This document shows, piece after piece, positions 46,534 through 56,261 of a stretch of DNA of 64,000 nucleotides. Source of the DNA: Candidatus Methylomirabilota bacterium (lineage in GTDB: Bacteria; Methylomirabilota; Methylomirabilia; Rokubacteriales; CSP1-6); assembly GCA_035709005.1 (NCBI GenBank), contig DASTFB010000070.1, positions 5,223 to 69,222 of the forward strand, read 5' to 3'. Position 1 is the first letter of the stretch, and each line of letters opens with the position of its first letter. The translations under genes were made by a program, and so were the position numbers. The notes under the pieces were generated by a model. The model did not search any database and was not told the origin of the DNA. It saw nothing but the letters and a program-made list of their open reading frames with translations.

Positions 46534-47581
46534 GGTGCTCGGCCATGAAATCCGCGACCAGCGGCCGGTACTTGTAAATGATGTTGTTGCAGACGTGGTT
46601 GCCCTCGGGGTAGCACACCCACTGCTTGGGACCCTGGGCGGCCTCGTACGTGCGATACGCCTCGGCGGGCGGGATCAGATTGTCCAGCTCGCCGTGGACG
46701 ACCAGCAGCGGCGCCGTGATGTTCTTGGCGACGTCGCGGAGCGTGGCCCCCTTCGACTTGAGCCGCACGTCGGCCTCGTCCTTGGCCCCCCAGATGTGAC
46801 ACCACCGCTGCAGATGGAACTCGCTGGCCAGCCGGCGATCCTCCAGGCTGTGCAGGCCGCCGCACGAGGCCGCCGCGCGCAGGCGATGCTCGAAGGCGGC
46901 GCAGCGCGGGGCCAGGTAACCGCCCAGGCTCACCCCGCAGATGCCGACGCGGGTGCCGTCGACGTCGGCGCGGGTGAGCAGCCAGTCGATGGCCGCGGTG
47001 GCCGTCACCTCGAAGTCCACCCGCATCTTCATGGCAAACCACGTCTCGCCCTGCCCGGGACCGTCGAGCGTCAGGGTCGCCAGGCCTCGGCTCAGGAAGA
47101 AGCGCTCGAACGTGGCGTGCTCCTCCTTCGCCGAGTCCAGGCCGGAGAGGAACAGCACGACCGGGGGCCGGGCCACGCCGCGCGGCCGGCGCAGGTAGGC
47201 GGGCATGGTGATCCCCTCGAGCGGAACCTGCACGCGCTCGCCGGGGGGATCGAGGGCCGCCAGCGCCCGCCCGTAGCACTCCACGCGCTTGCGGTGGCCG
47301 GCCGTGTATTCGTCCAGGTCGTGCACCCAGCAGAAGACGGCGAAGTGATAGGCGATGGCCGCCCGATAGTAGGCCTCGCCCGCGGTGACGGTCCGGCCTC
47401 GGCCCGCCGCCTCCAGGGCCAGTTCTTCGTGCTTGCGGCCCAGGCCCATCCACGCGTCGTACCACTGCGCCCACCGCTCCAGCCCCTCGACCGTCCACTG
47501 GTAGTCGTTCATGTCGACGCCGTTGTTGACGATGCGGGGCTTCCAGCTCGTGATCACCTGCGTGACGACTGCGTCGGGCAT
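46526..47581 (-). CDS. alpha/beta-hydrolase (FrsA-like), paralogue of 44181-45236
   Basis: GVSLGGY, GNHVCNNIIYKYRPLVADFMAEHL (cf. GNHVCNNIPYKYRPLVADWLREKL). Confidence 0.75.
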   Translation of the reverse strand: MPDAVVTQVITSWKPRIVNNGVDMNDYQWTVEGLERWAQWYDAWMGLGRKHEELALEAAGRGRTVTAGEAYYRAAIAYHFAVFCWVHDLDEYTAGHRKRVECYGRALAALDPPGERVQVPLEGITMPAYLRRPRGVARPPVVLFLSGLDSAKEEHATFERFFLSRGLATLTLDGPGQGETWFAMKMRVDFEVTATAAIDWLLTRADVDGTRVGICGVSLGGYLAPRCAAFEHRLRAAASCGGLHSLEDRRLASEFHLQRWCHIWGAKDEADVRLKSKGATLRDVAKNITAPLLVVHGELDNLIPPAEAYRTYEAAQGPKQWVCYPEGNHVCNNIIYKYRPLVADFMAEHLA

Positions 47582-47620
47582 CGCTAGGCTCCTTCGGTCA
47601 GAAGTTCGGGACGTCCTGCG

Positions 47621-48550
47621 TCATTGGCTCCGGCGCAGGCGGGGATCGTAGGCGTCGCGCACGCCGTCGCCGAGCAGGTTCACCCCCAGCACCGTGATGA
47701 AGATGGCCAGCCCGGGGAAGACCGACGTCCACCACGACGGCGTCATGTACGGCCGCGCCTCGTTGAGCATCAGCCCCCAGGTCGGGACACTGGGCGGCAC
47801 CCCGAGGCCGAGGAACGAGAGGGAGGCCTCGATGAGGATGATGGTGGCCAGCGAGAACGTGCTCACCACGCTGAGCGAGGCCACCGTGTTGGGCAGGATG
47901 TGTCGCACCAGGATGCGTCCGTGGGAGACGCCCAGGGCCCGGGCCCCCGTCACGAAGTCCCGCTCGCGCAGGGAGAGCACCTCGTTGCGGATCACCCGGC
48001 AGTAGTGGATCCACCGGTTCAGGCAGATGACCAGGATCAGGATGATGAGGTTCTGACCGAACAGGGCCATGACGACCAGGGCCAGCAACACGAACGGGAT
48101 GGTGAGGAAGACCTCCACCATCTTCATGATGACCAGGTCGACTCGCGCCCCGTAGAAGCCGGACAGCAGGCCCAGCGCCGTCCCCACCAGCCCGGAGATG
48201 ATGAGCGCGATGACACCCACCAGCACCGAGATCCGGGCGCCGTACAACACCCGGCTCAGGATGTCGCGCCCGAGGTGGTCGGTGCCCAGCAGATTGGCCG
48301 CGCTGCCCCCGGTCAGCCACGCCGGCGGCGTGAGCCGCCGGGCCAGGTCCTGGGCGGCCGGTGGCGTCGGCGCCACCAGCGGCGCCAGCACGGCGGCGAT
48401 CAGGACCGCGCCGATCAGGACGCCGCCCACCGCGCAGCGCAGGAGGCCCGGGCGCAGATACCAGGCGGGACGATGACGGACGACGACGTCCTCGGCCCGC
48501 CAGGTGGCGACGCCGGCCGTGGTGGTGACGGCGGCGTCGGCGTCAGTCAT
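47621..48550 (-). CDS. ABC transporter permease (DppC/OppC-like)
   Basis: C-terminal ...LGVNLLGDGVRDAYDPRL...; internal ATG at 48550 chosen (MTDAD...) because the 5' part of the ORF-track ORF overlaps the upstream permease. Confidence 0.8.
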   Translation of the reverse strand: MTDADAAVTTTAGVATWRAEDVVVRHRPAWYLRPGLLRCAVGGVLIGAVLIAAVLAPLVAPTPPAAQDLARRLTPPAWLTGGSAANLLGTDHLGRDILSRVLYGARISVLVGVIALIISGLVGTALGLLSGFYGARVDLVIMKMVEVFLTIPFVLLALVVMALFGQNLIILILVICLNRWIHYCRVIRNEVLSLRERDFVTGARALGVSHGRILVRHILPNTVASLSVVSTFSLATIILIEASLSFLGLGVPPSVPTWGLMLNEARPYMTPSWWTSVFPGLAIFITVLGVNLLGDGVRDAYDPRLRRSQ

Positions 48551-49547
48551 AGCGCACCCGCGGGTCGATCCAGGCCGCCAGGATGTCCACGGCCGTGTTG
48601 ACCACGACGACGAGCACGATGAACACCAGGACGATGCCCTGCACGAGCGGGTAGTCGCGGTTGGCCACGGCCTGCACGGCCAGCCGCCCGATCCCCGGCC
48701 AGGCGAAGATCGTCTCGATGATGACGGAGCCCGAGAGCAGGAACACGAACAGCAGGCTCCAGGCCCCCAGCATCGGCATGAGGGCGTTCCACACGGCATG
48801 CCGGGTGATCACCGCCACCTCGCGCAGACCCTTGGCCCGCGCCGTGCGCACGTAGTCCTCCTGCATGACCTCCAGGAGGTTGGAGCGCATGAGGCGGCTC
48901 TGAAAGGCGATGCCCGGCCCCGACAGGGCCGCCGCGGGCAGGATCAGATGTCGGACCGCGTCCCAGAAGGCGGCGCCGTTCAGCGTAAGGGCGCTGTCGA
49001 GCAGGTGCAAGCCGGTGATCGGCGTGAGCGACACCGTCTCCGACAGGCGGCCGGCCACGGGCAGCAGCTGCAAGCCACCGCCGATCAGGAGGATCAGGAG
49101 CAGCGCGAACCAGAACGCCGGCATGGCGACACCGCAGACCGCCACCGCCATCAGCGCCTGGTCGAGCAGGCTGTGGGCGCGGGCCCCCGCCACGATACCG
49201 AGCAGCAACGAGATCACGATGACGAAGAGCAAGGCCAGCCCACCCAGCTCCAGGGTGGCCGGGGCCCGGGCCGCGATGAGGCCAGCCACTGGCTCGTCGA
49301 AGTAGAGGGAGCGCCCCAGGTCCCCCCGGACCAGGTTGCCGACGTAAGCCAGGAACTGCACGGTCACCGGCCGGTCCAGCCCCCACTGCCGGCGCGCCTC
49401 GGCGCGCTCCGCGTCGGTGGCATCGGGCGGTACCAGCTGGTCCGACGGGTCTCCCGGGGCCAGATGCAACAGGGCGAAGATGAGCACCGTGATGAGGACC
49501 ACGTTGACCAGGCTGGCCCAGAGCCGGGTGGCGAGGAAGCTCGACAT
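48543..49547 (-). CDS. ABC transporter permease (DppB/OppB-like)
   Basis: ...QFLAYVGNLVRGDLGRSLYF...IIETIFAWPGIG... binding-protein-dependent transport signature. Confidence 0.85.
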   Translation of the reverse strand: MSSFLATRLWASLVNVVLITVLIFALLHLAPGDPSDQLVPPDATDAERAEARRQWGLDRPVTVQFLAYVGNLVRGDLGRSLYFDEPVAGLIAARAPATLELGGLALLFVIVISLLLGIVAGARAHSLLDQALMAVAVCGVAMPAFWFALLLILLIGGGLQLLPVAGRLSETVSLTPITGLHLLDSALTLNGAAFWDAVRHLILPAAALSGPGIAFQSRLMRSNLLEVMQEDYVRTARAKGLREVAVITRHAVWNALMPMLGAWSLLFVFLLSGSVIIETIFAWPGIGRLAVQAVANRDYPLVQGIVLVFIVLVVVVNTAVDILAAWIDPRVRYD

Positions 49548-49550
49548 TAT

Positions 49551-49707
49551 TCATCGGAGGGGGCGAGACGCCCCCTCCGATACCTCCCCGATTCGCGCCA
49601 GGCGCGACAGCGCGCGTGTCTCACCCGCACCTGTTCTCATCGGAGGGGGCGAGACGCCCCCTCCAATGCCTCCCCGGTTCGCGCGAGCTGCGACCGCGCG
49701 CGTGTCT
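49551..49707. repeat. family-A repeat variant, two tandem ~78-bp units in the SBP-permease intergenic region
   Basis: tcatcggagggggcgagacgccccctccgatacctccccgattcgcgccaggcgcgacagcgcgcgtgtctcacc repeated twice; contains the GGAGGGGGC-gagac-GCCCCCTCC hairpin. Confidence 0.8.
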
Positions 49708-49728
49708 CACCGGCGGATCCGGACCCGC

Positions 49729-51270
49729 TTACGCGAGGTCCATCTTGCCGAACCAGACGTACTCACCGGCGTTCGGGATCCCGGCCGGGATCACCACGTG
49801 CTTGCGCGCCGCTACCGTGTACTGCGGGTTGTAGAGCGGTACCGCCGGGCTTTCCTCCTGGAGCAGCCGCATGAGCTGCCGATTCAGGGTCTGGCGCTTC
49901 TTGGCGTCGCCCTCCACTTCCTGCTGGTCGAACAGCGCGTCCGCGGCCGGGATGCTGTGCTTGGAGCGCCGGTCGCGACCCGTCCGGAAGTAGGTCTGGA
50001 TGAACGCCGAGGCGTCCTCGGCCACGTTGCCGTAGGAGATGAAGTACATCGGCATCTCGCTGGCGAACCACATGCGCCGGAACACGCCGGCCTCCACCGA
50101 CTTGATGTTCAGGCGCACGCCGATCTTCGCCAGCTGCTCGCCCATGGCCTGGGCCATGGGCCGGTATTCGTTGTAGGAGCCGAAGTCGTAGAAGTCGATG
50201 TCGACGCCGTTGGGATAGCCGCCAGCCGCCAGCAGTTTCCTGGCCCGCGCCGGGTCGTAGGGCACCGGCTTGAGGTCCGGGTCGTACGTCATCACCTGGG
50301 TCGGCCCCACCATCTGGCTGAGCCGGTAACCGCGTCCCTCAAGCACGGTCTTGAGGATCGTGTCCATGTCGACGCCGGCGTGGATGGCCTGGCGCACTTC
50401 TTTCTTCTGGAGCGGCGGCACGATGGGGTTCATGAACAGCATGTGGATGCGGGCGGCCCGCACGGCGTGGAGCCGGATGTCCGGGCTGTTTTCCAGCTTG
50501 CCCACGTCGAAGGCGGGCACCTGGGCCACGGCGTCCACCTGGCCGGCCCGCAGGGCGGTGATGCGCGCAGTGGAGTCCTGGATCGGGCGGTAGATGATGC
50601 GGTCGATCTTGGCCTTGGGCCCCCAGTAGTCGGGGTTCTTCTCCATCACCAGGCGCTCGTCGCGCGCATACTCCGCGAACCTGTAAGGGCCGGTACCCAG
50701 CATCTTCTTGTGCGCCTCGTCGAAGCCGACCTTCTCGCCCAGCGCCCGGCTCATGATGGGTGGCCGGGACTGGAGGTAGGAGAGCAGCCCGGGCACCGGA
50801 TCGCCGCAATCGCAGACCACCGTGAGCTTGTCGCGAACGGTGATCTTGTCGATCATCACCACGTTGGCTTTCTGGCGGAAGGCGCTCTTCTCCTTGGCCA
50901 CCGCCTCGAGGGAGTACTTCACGTCCTCGGCGGTCAGCGGCGAGCCGTCGTGGAAGCGCACGCCGTCGCGGACCGTGAAGATCCAGCGGCGGGCCTTGTC
51001 CTCCACGGTCCAGGACTCGGCCAGGACCGGCTCGAACACGCGCTTGGCGTAGTCGAAGCGGATGAGCGGCTCCTGGATGTGGTTGTCGAGCGTCTCGAAG
51101 ACGGCGTGGTTCACGAAGTAAGGATTGAGCTGGCCGATGTCCTCGTTCTTGCCGTACACGAGCTGCTTGCGGCCGGTCTGCGCATGGACCGGGTGCCGCA
51201 CGGCGAGCACGAGGGCGGCGGCGCCGGCGCCGCGCTCGAGGAACTGGCGCCTGGAGATCCTGGTCGTCAT
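49729..51270 (-). CDS. ABC transporter substrate-binding protein, family 5 (peptide/nickel), Tat signal
   Basis: MTTRISRRQFLERGAGAAALVLAV twin-arginine signal; 513 aa. Confidence 0.85.
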   Translation of the reverse strand: MTTRISRRQFLERGAGAAALVLAVRHPVHAQTGRKQLVYGKNEDIGQLNPYFVNHAVFETLDNHIQEPLIRFDYAKRVFEPVLAESWTVEDKARRWIFTVRDGVRFHDGSPLTAEDVKYSLEAVAKEKSAFRQKANVVMIDKITVRDKLTVVCDCGDPVPGLLSYLQSRPPIMSRALGEKVGFDEAHKKMLGTGPYRFAEYARDERLVMEKNPDYWGPKAKIDRIIYRPIQDSTARITALRAGQVDAVAQVPAFDVGKLENSPDIRLHAVRAARIHMLFMNPIVPPLQKKEVRQAIHAGVDMDTILKTVLEGRGYRLSQMVGPTQVMTYDPDLKPVPYDPARARKLLAAGGYPNGVDIDFYDFGSYNEYRPMAQAMGEQLAKIGVRLNIKSVEAGVFRRMWFASEMPMYFISYGNVAEDASAFIQTYFRTGRDRRSKHSIPAADALFDQQEVEGDAKKRQTLNRQLMRLLQEESPAVPLYNPQYTVAARKHVVIPAGIPNAGEYVWFGKMDLA

Positions 51271-51359
51271 GGCGGTCTCCTCACGCGGTCGACCTTGGTG
51301 GGCGACCTGCGAATGGCCCCACTATCACCCGGCGGCGATCTTCGTCAAGTGCGCCCGCT

Positions 51360-51977
51360 TCAGCGAGGCACCAGCGTGGCCTGCCCGCGGGCGGCATCGA
51401 CGGTCAGGGTGAACCGGTCGAGGACGTCGCGGCCCAGCAACCCGTCCACTCCGTCGACACCTACGTCGAGCACGATCACGGGGAGCGGTCCCACCCGCGT
51501 TCCCGCCAGCTCCAGGCGCTCGACCACTGCCTCGCCGGCAGTCGCGCTGCCGGCCACGCCGAGCACGCGGACGGCCCGCCCCTGCACCGCGGTCAGCCCG
51601 GCCCGGGCCAGCGCGTCGGGCGAGATCACCGTGCGGTCGGCGCCGGTGTCGACCATCAGCACCAGCGTGGCCCCGTTGAGCGAGACGGCGACGTTGATGG
51701 GGCCGCCCGCCGTGAAGGGAACCGGGGCGCTCTCGACGGGGGGCCCGGACGCGGCCGCCGGTCGCGGCGCCGGGCTGCCGATGTCGGTGGCGGCGTGCCG
51801 GTCGGCCGGCGGGATCGTCGCCGGATCGTTCGTGTAGCGCACGACGCCCTGGGCGTCCGTCCACCGATAGAGCTGGGCCGCTGCCGGCCCGGCCCTGGCG
51901 GCCAGCAGGATCAGCAGAACTCCGACCAGCAACCGCACGACGCGGGGGCCAGACAGGAACTCAAAGGCCGCACGCAC
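51360..51977 (-). CDS. retropepsin-like (clan AA) aspartic protease with DUF4124-like N-terminus
   Basis: LYRWTDAQGVVRYTNDP N-terminal motif; LMVDTGADRTVIS active-site D-T-G-A. Confidence 0.6.
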   Translation of the reverse strand: MRAAFEFLSGPRVVRLLVGVLLILLAARAGPAAAQLYRWTDAQGVVRYTNDPATIPPADRHAATDIGSPAPRPAAASGPPVESAPVPFTAGGPINVAVSLNGATLVLMVDTGADRTVISPDALARAGLTAVQGRAVRVLGVAGSATAGEAVVERLELAGTRVGPLPVIVLDVGVDGVDGLLGRDVLDRFTLTVDAARGQATLVPR

Positions 51978-52040
51978 GCTCAGATTGTAATCCCGAACCA
52001 GGCGGGTAGCTTCGCGGCTCGCGTCAGCGGACCACGGCGG

Positions 52041-52472
52041 TCAAGAGGCGGATGGCAGCCCGCTACCGCCCAGCGCCTTCCGAATCGCGCCGATCAGGGA
52101 CTCCTCATCGAACGGCTTTCGGAGGTACCCGACGGCTCCCGCCCGGCGGGCCCGCTCGCGCGTGGGCGCATCATCGTGGGCGGTGATGAAGACGACAGGG
52201 ATCTGTGCTCCCGCGGCGACGAGCTGATCGTTCAACTCGAACCCGCTGAGCCCTCCGAGGTGGACATCGAGCACGAGGCAATCGGCGGCGCCGGGGTGCT
52301 CGGATTCCAGGAAGTCTTCCGCCGAGGAGAACACCCCCACGGTGAACCCGCTGGCCAGGAGCAGGCGTTGCAGCGCGCGCAGGAGTGAGGCGTCGTCGTC
52401 GATCACGTACACCAGGGCTGATCGCCCGGGATCGGACGACGACGCGCGACCGGAGCGGATGTTGGTGGCCAC
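52041..52472 (-). CDS. response-regulator receiver domain protein (possibly the C-terminal remnant of a hybrid kinase)
   Basis: ...LVYVIDDDASLLRAL...LVLDVHLGGLSGFEL...LRKPF... Confidence 0.55.
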   Translation of the reverse strand: MATNIRSGRASSSDPGRSALVYVIDDDASLLRALQRLLLASGFTVGVFSSAEDFLESEHPGAADCLVLDVHLGGLSGFELNDQLVAAGAQIPVVFITAHDDAPTRERARRAGAVGYLRKPFDEESLIGAIRKALGGSGLPSAS

Positions 52473-53316
52473 CGGCGGTCTTTCCTTACTCTCGGGTATC
52501 CCGAGCCTCGGTACAACCCAACTGTAGGCCTCGCGGTGATCGCCTGGCTATGGGGCTTTCGTCCCATGCGCCCGGGGCAACTCCAGGCGCTGGGCAGCAG
52601 GCGGGCCGCCTGAGCGTTGGCGAGGACGGCCGCCAGCGGCTGGTTGATCTCGTGCGTCAGTGACGCCGCCAGCTCGCCGAGCGTGGTGACGCGTAGGGCG
52701 TGGCTCAGCGCCTCGCGCTGCCGCCCGGCTTCCTCCTCGCTCTCCAGCACAGCCGTCTCGGCGCGCCGGCGGGGGCCAGGGCGTTCCCGAAGACCTCGGC
52801 CTGGAGCTGGAGCCGGTGAACGAGCTCGTCGGGCCACTGGCGCTCGGCGCGGACCGTGCTGAATGCGAGGACGCCCACGGCGGCCGCGCCGACGCGCAAG
52901 GGCATCGCCGCGAGGGATCGGGTACCGAGCTCGGCGAACCTGCGGCGGTCACTGTGCGCCTCGACGGGGAGGTCCTCCCGACGCGAGAAGCGGATCACGT
53001 CCCCCTGGAGCAGCCTCGACAGCATCCAGGGAAATTCGCTCAACTTGACCGACGTCGGGATCGGCGCGATGTCGGGGGCGGTCGCCGAGTGCATGACCAG
53101 GGCGACGTCTCGCTGGACGCCCAGCTCGGCCAGGGCCGCCCGATCGAGTCCGAGATGCGCCACGATACGGGCCAACCCCGCTTCTTCCAGGATGCCTTCA
53201 ACGAGTTCGGCGTGCGGATCACGGCTCCCGCCTTCGAATCGCAGCCGGATCAGGCGGTCGTCGTCCCCACGTTCAGATGGTTCGCGGCCCCGGCCACGCC
53301 CCCCCGGGACGGCCAC
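52403..53316 (-). pseudogene. GAF-HisKA sensor histidine kinase gene fragments in two frames, no HATPase_c domain (frameshifted / degraded)
   Basis: GAF-like segment (GTG 53316, SD GGAGGAAG; ...IRFSRREDLPVEA...AAMPLRVGAAAVGVLAF...) ends in a poly-C tract (ggcccccgcc near 52775); HisKA ...LAASLTHEINQPLAAVLANAQAA... continues in the +1 frame and stops without an ATP-binding domain. Confidence 0.5.
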
Positions 53317-53336
53317 GAGAGTTCTTCCTCCGGCCC

Positions 53337-55007
53337 TTACTCGTCCACGGACATCGTCACCGGCTCGCCGCCGCCGTAGAAATACGCGCCGCGTCCAGCG
53401 GCGCCGCCGACCACGGCGATGTCGTAACAGGCCGGATCCTCCACGACCGGCAGCGGCAGGGCCGGATGCTCGCGCAGCCAGCCGAGCTCGGGATGGGACA
53501 CCGCCATCGCCTTGGGCTCCTTGGTGAGCATCAGCGTCCGGAACGGCAGCCGCGCCGCCCGGTAGAGGGCCTCCTGGATCTGGCGACGGCCCCAGCCGGC
53601 TTTGGCGAAGACGTGGGCGTGCTCGGGACAGATGAAGAGCGTGTTGTGCTCTTTCTCCTCGGTCTTGTAGCGCGGATCGGCGCGCCGGCCGATGAGCCAG
53701 AGGCCGGTGCCGACCTGAGCCACGTTCGCGGCGGCGGTGGCGAAGACCTCGATGAGGGCCTCGGGCGTCGTGGATTGAAAGTCGTGGAGCTCGCACATCC
53801 CGTAGACGAAATGCACCGTCACCGTGCTCGCCTCGGTCGGGAAGCCGCGCGCCACGTGGTACGGCTCCCACGGGCTCTCACGCTCGTTCTCGGCGCAGCA
53901 GAGGCTGTACTTGAGGGGTGAGCCGATGGTGTCCATGTCGCTCACGCCGACATAGGTGTGGCCCACGTTCATCATGACGAGCCGCACGGCGCGGCCCAGC
54001 ACGGTGTTGGCGGCCGAGGGCGCGCCGGGGCCCAGGGCGCACATGCCCGCGTTGAGGCCGGCCCGCCGCCCCTGGGGACCGTTGACGAGCACGAGCGGGG
54101 CGTGGGGCCCCGTCGACATCGCCTTGTTGCGGATGTACATCTTCGGCTCGGCCAGGCACCGCACGGCCGCGATCAACAACGGCAGGTGCTCGGGCGCGCA
54201 GCCGGCCATGACTGAATTGACGGCCAGCTTCTCGACGGTGGCGATCCCGAACCCCGGCTCGAGGACGGCGACCTGGTCGCCGGGGGCGCGCCGGGTGCCC
54301 CCGAGCATGGCCGCCACCGCGCGCTCGGTGGGAGCGACCAGCGGGAACCCGTCGGACCAGCCTCGGGACAAGAAATCCCGGTTCATGGCCTCCCACGCGG
54401 CCAGGGCGTCCTCGCCTTCGTAGGCTAACCGGGTTTCGGCGGGCTTCCGCTCGACCGCGGCGGGCTCGGCGACGGGCGTGGTGAGGCCGCGCAGCACCTG
54501 CTCGAAGGCCGCGTCCACCATCCGGTGGACGGCTTCAGGCGTCTGGTTGGTGAAGGGCAGCGGCACCACGGCCAGCGGCAGCCCGGGCAGCCCCAGCGTC
54601 GCCGCCGTGCCGTGGGCGTCGTGGACGAAGTGCTGGGCCGTGAAGATGACGGTCGGGATCCCCCGCCGCTCCAGCTCGATCATGTCGTGGACACCCCACG
54701 ACGTGCAGGACCCTCAGTCGTTGGTGGTGCCCACCACGGCGTTGACCTCGGCGGCGATGCGGTCGGCGTCCTCGGCGGTGCAGTGGCGCATGAGCCAGCC
54801 CACCGAGCCCGTGTAGCGCTTGAACTTCACCCCGGGGAACTTCTCGCCCAGCAGCTGCTCGGTCCGGTCCAGGGCGAAGTCGCCGCCGGCCTTCATGTTC
54901 CAGTAGAGCCCGACGGTCACCCCCGTGAAGTCGCGCAACCGCGGCGCCGGCTTCACGGAGAACTCCACCGCCTTCGCCAGGGGACTGAGTATTTCGAGTC
55001 GTGCCAT
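53337..55007 (-). CDS. fused UGSC-motif selenoprotein (N-terminal ~97-aa domain + Sec + ~458-aa partner domain; UGA at 54714-54716 read as Sec; 556 aa)
   Basis: ORF 54714-55007 ends ...AVVGTTND at a UGA. The next codons GSCTSWGVHD run in-frame into the M of ORF 53337-54683 (MIELERRGIPTV...). Co-linear with the two separate genes at 8095-9713. AAGGAGGG SD before the ATG at 55007. Confidence 0.75.
54683..54703 (-). promoter_or_regulatory. SECIS-like stem-loop 3' of the UGA (RNA CGUCGUGG-GGUGU-CCACGACG)
   Basis: Same 8-bp stem as at 9365-9385, different loop, same spacing from the UGA. Confidence 0.55.
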
Positions 55008-55043
55008 GGAGTGCCTCCCTCCTTGGAGCCGACCGGCGCTAAA

Positions 55044-56243
55044 TTAGATAATTACCTTCTTGGCGCGCAGCGCGGCGATCTCGTCCTTCGAGTAGCCGTG
55101 CTCGCCCAGCACCTGGTCGGTGTGCTCGCCCTGCAGCGGGGCCGGGCTGCGCACGCCGACGCGCATGCCGGAGAACGTGAGCGGCGTGCTGACTACCGGG
55201 ATGTCGCCCAGCTTGGGGTGGGCGACGCGGGCGATCAGGCCCGCTGCCGCCGTCTGGGGATCGTCCATGACCTGGTCCACCGTGTTGACCGGCGTGGCCG
55301 GCACGCCGGCCGTCTCCAGGAGCTTGAGCAGCGGCTCCCGGTCTTGCCGGGCGATCGCCTCCTCCAGGGCGGACTCCAGCTCGCGCCGATGCTTGACCCG
55401 TTCGATGTTGGTCGCGAAGCGGGGGTCCGTCGCCATCGATTCGAGCCCCAGGGCCAGGGCCAGTCGCTGCCAGAAGCGGTCGTTGGCCCCGGCGATGAAG
55501 ATCCACTGCCCGTCGCGGCACCGGAAGTTGCGATAGGGCGACAGTGAGGGATGCGAGGAGCCCAGCGGTCTGGGCACTGCGCCCGTGAGCAGATAGCCTT
55601 CCGCGTGGTAGTTGAGCAGATTCACGGCCGTGGCCAGCAGCGAGCCGTCGACGCGCTGGCCGAGCCCCGTGCGCTCGCGGTGCAGGAGCGCGTTCACGAT
55701 GCCGTAGGCGCAGAAGATGCCGGTGGTCAGGTCCAGGAAGGACACGCCGCAGCGCACGGGCGAGCCGTCCGGCTCCCCCGTGATCGACATGATGCCGCTG
55801 AAGGCTTGCATGAGGGCCTCGTAGCCCGCCCCCTCGGCTCGCGGCCCCGTGCGGCCAAAGGCGGAGATCGAGCAATACACCAGCCGTGGGTTGAGCGCGG
55901 CCAGGGTGTCGTAGCCGACGCCGAACGACTCCATGGCGCCGGTCCGGAAATTCTCGATCAGCACGTCGGCCCGTCCAACCAGGCGCTTGAGCACCTCGAC
56001 ACCCTCGGGCGTCTTCAAGTCGAGCGTCATGTCGCGCTTGTTGCGGTTGATGACGAGATAGGCCGCCGACTCCCCCTCCTTGTGCGGTGGCCACGTGCGC
56101 GACTCGTCCCCGCTCGCGGTGTCCTCGACCTTGACGACGTCGGCGCCGAGGTCGGCGAGCAGCATGGCGCAGAAGGGACCGGCCAGCACGCGCGAGAGAT
56201 CGAGCACCCGGACGCCGGTGAGGGACAGGGGGGGAGCGGTCAT
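55044..56243 (-). CDS. family III CoA-transferase (CaiB/BaiF-like)
   Basis: MTAPPLSLTGVRVLDLSRVLAGPFCAMLLADLGADVVKVE is the CaiB/BaiF N-terminal signature; ends 36 nt before the selenoprotein start. Confidence 0.85.
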   Translation of the reverse strand: MTAPPLSLTGVRVLDLSRVLAGPFCAMLLADLGADVVKVEDTASGDESRTWPPHKEGESAAYLVINRNKRDMTLDLKTPEGVEVLKRLVGRADVLIENFRTGAMESFGVGYDTLAALNPRLVYCSISAFGRTGPRAEGAGYEALMQAFSGIMSITGEPDGSPVRCGVSFLDLTTGIFCAYGIVNALLHRERTGLGQRVDGSLLATAVNLLNYHAEGYLLTGAVPRPLGSSHPSLSPYRNFRCRDGQWIFIAGANDRFWQRLALALGLESMATDPRFATNIERVKHRRELESALEEAIARQDREPLLKLLETAGVPATPVNTVDQVMDDPQTAAAGLIARVAHPKLGDIPVVSTPLTFSGMRVGVRSPAPLQGEHTDQVLGEHGYSKDEIAALRAKKVII

Positions 56244-56261
56244 GTGCGCTACTATAACTCC

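Noticed and set aside
55551-56261. 5' extension of the metH ORF (237 extra codons)
   Set aside because: Antisense to the CoA-transferase gene and low-complexity; the conserved MetH N-terminus starts at the ATG at 56262.
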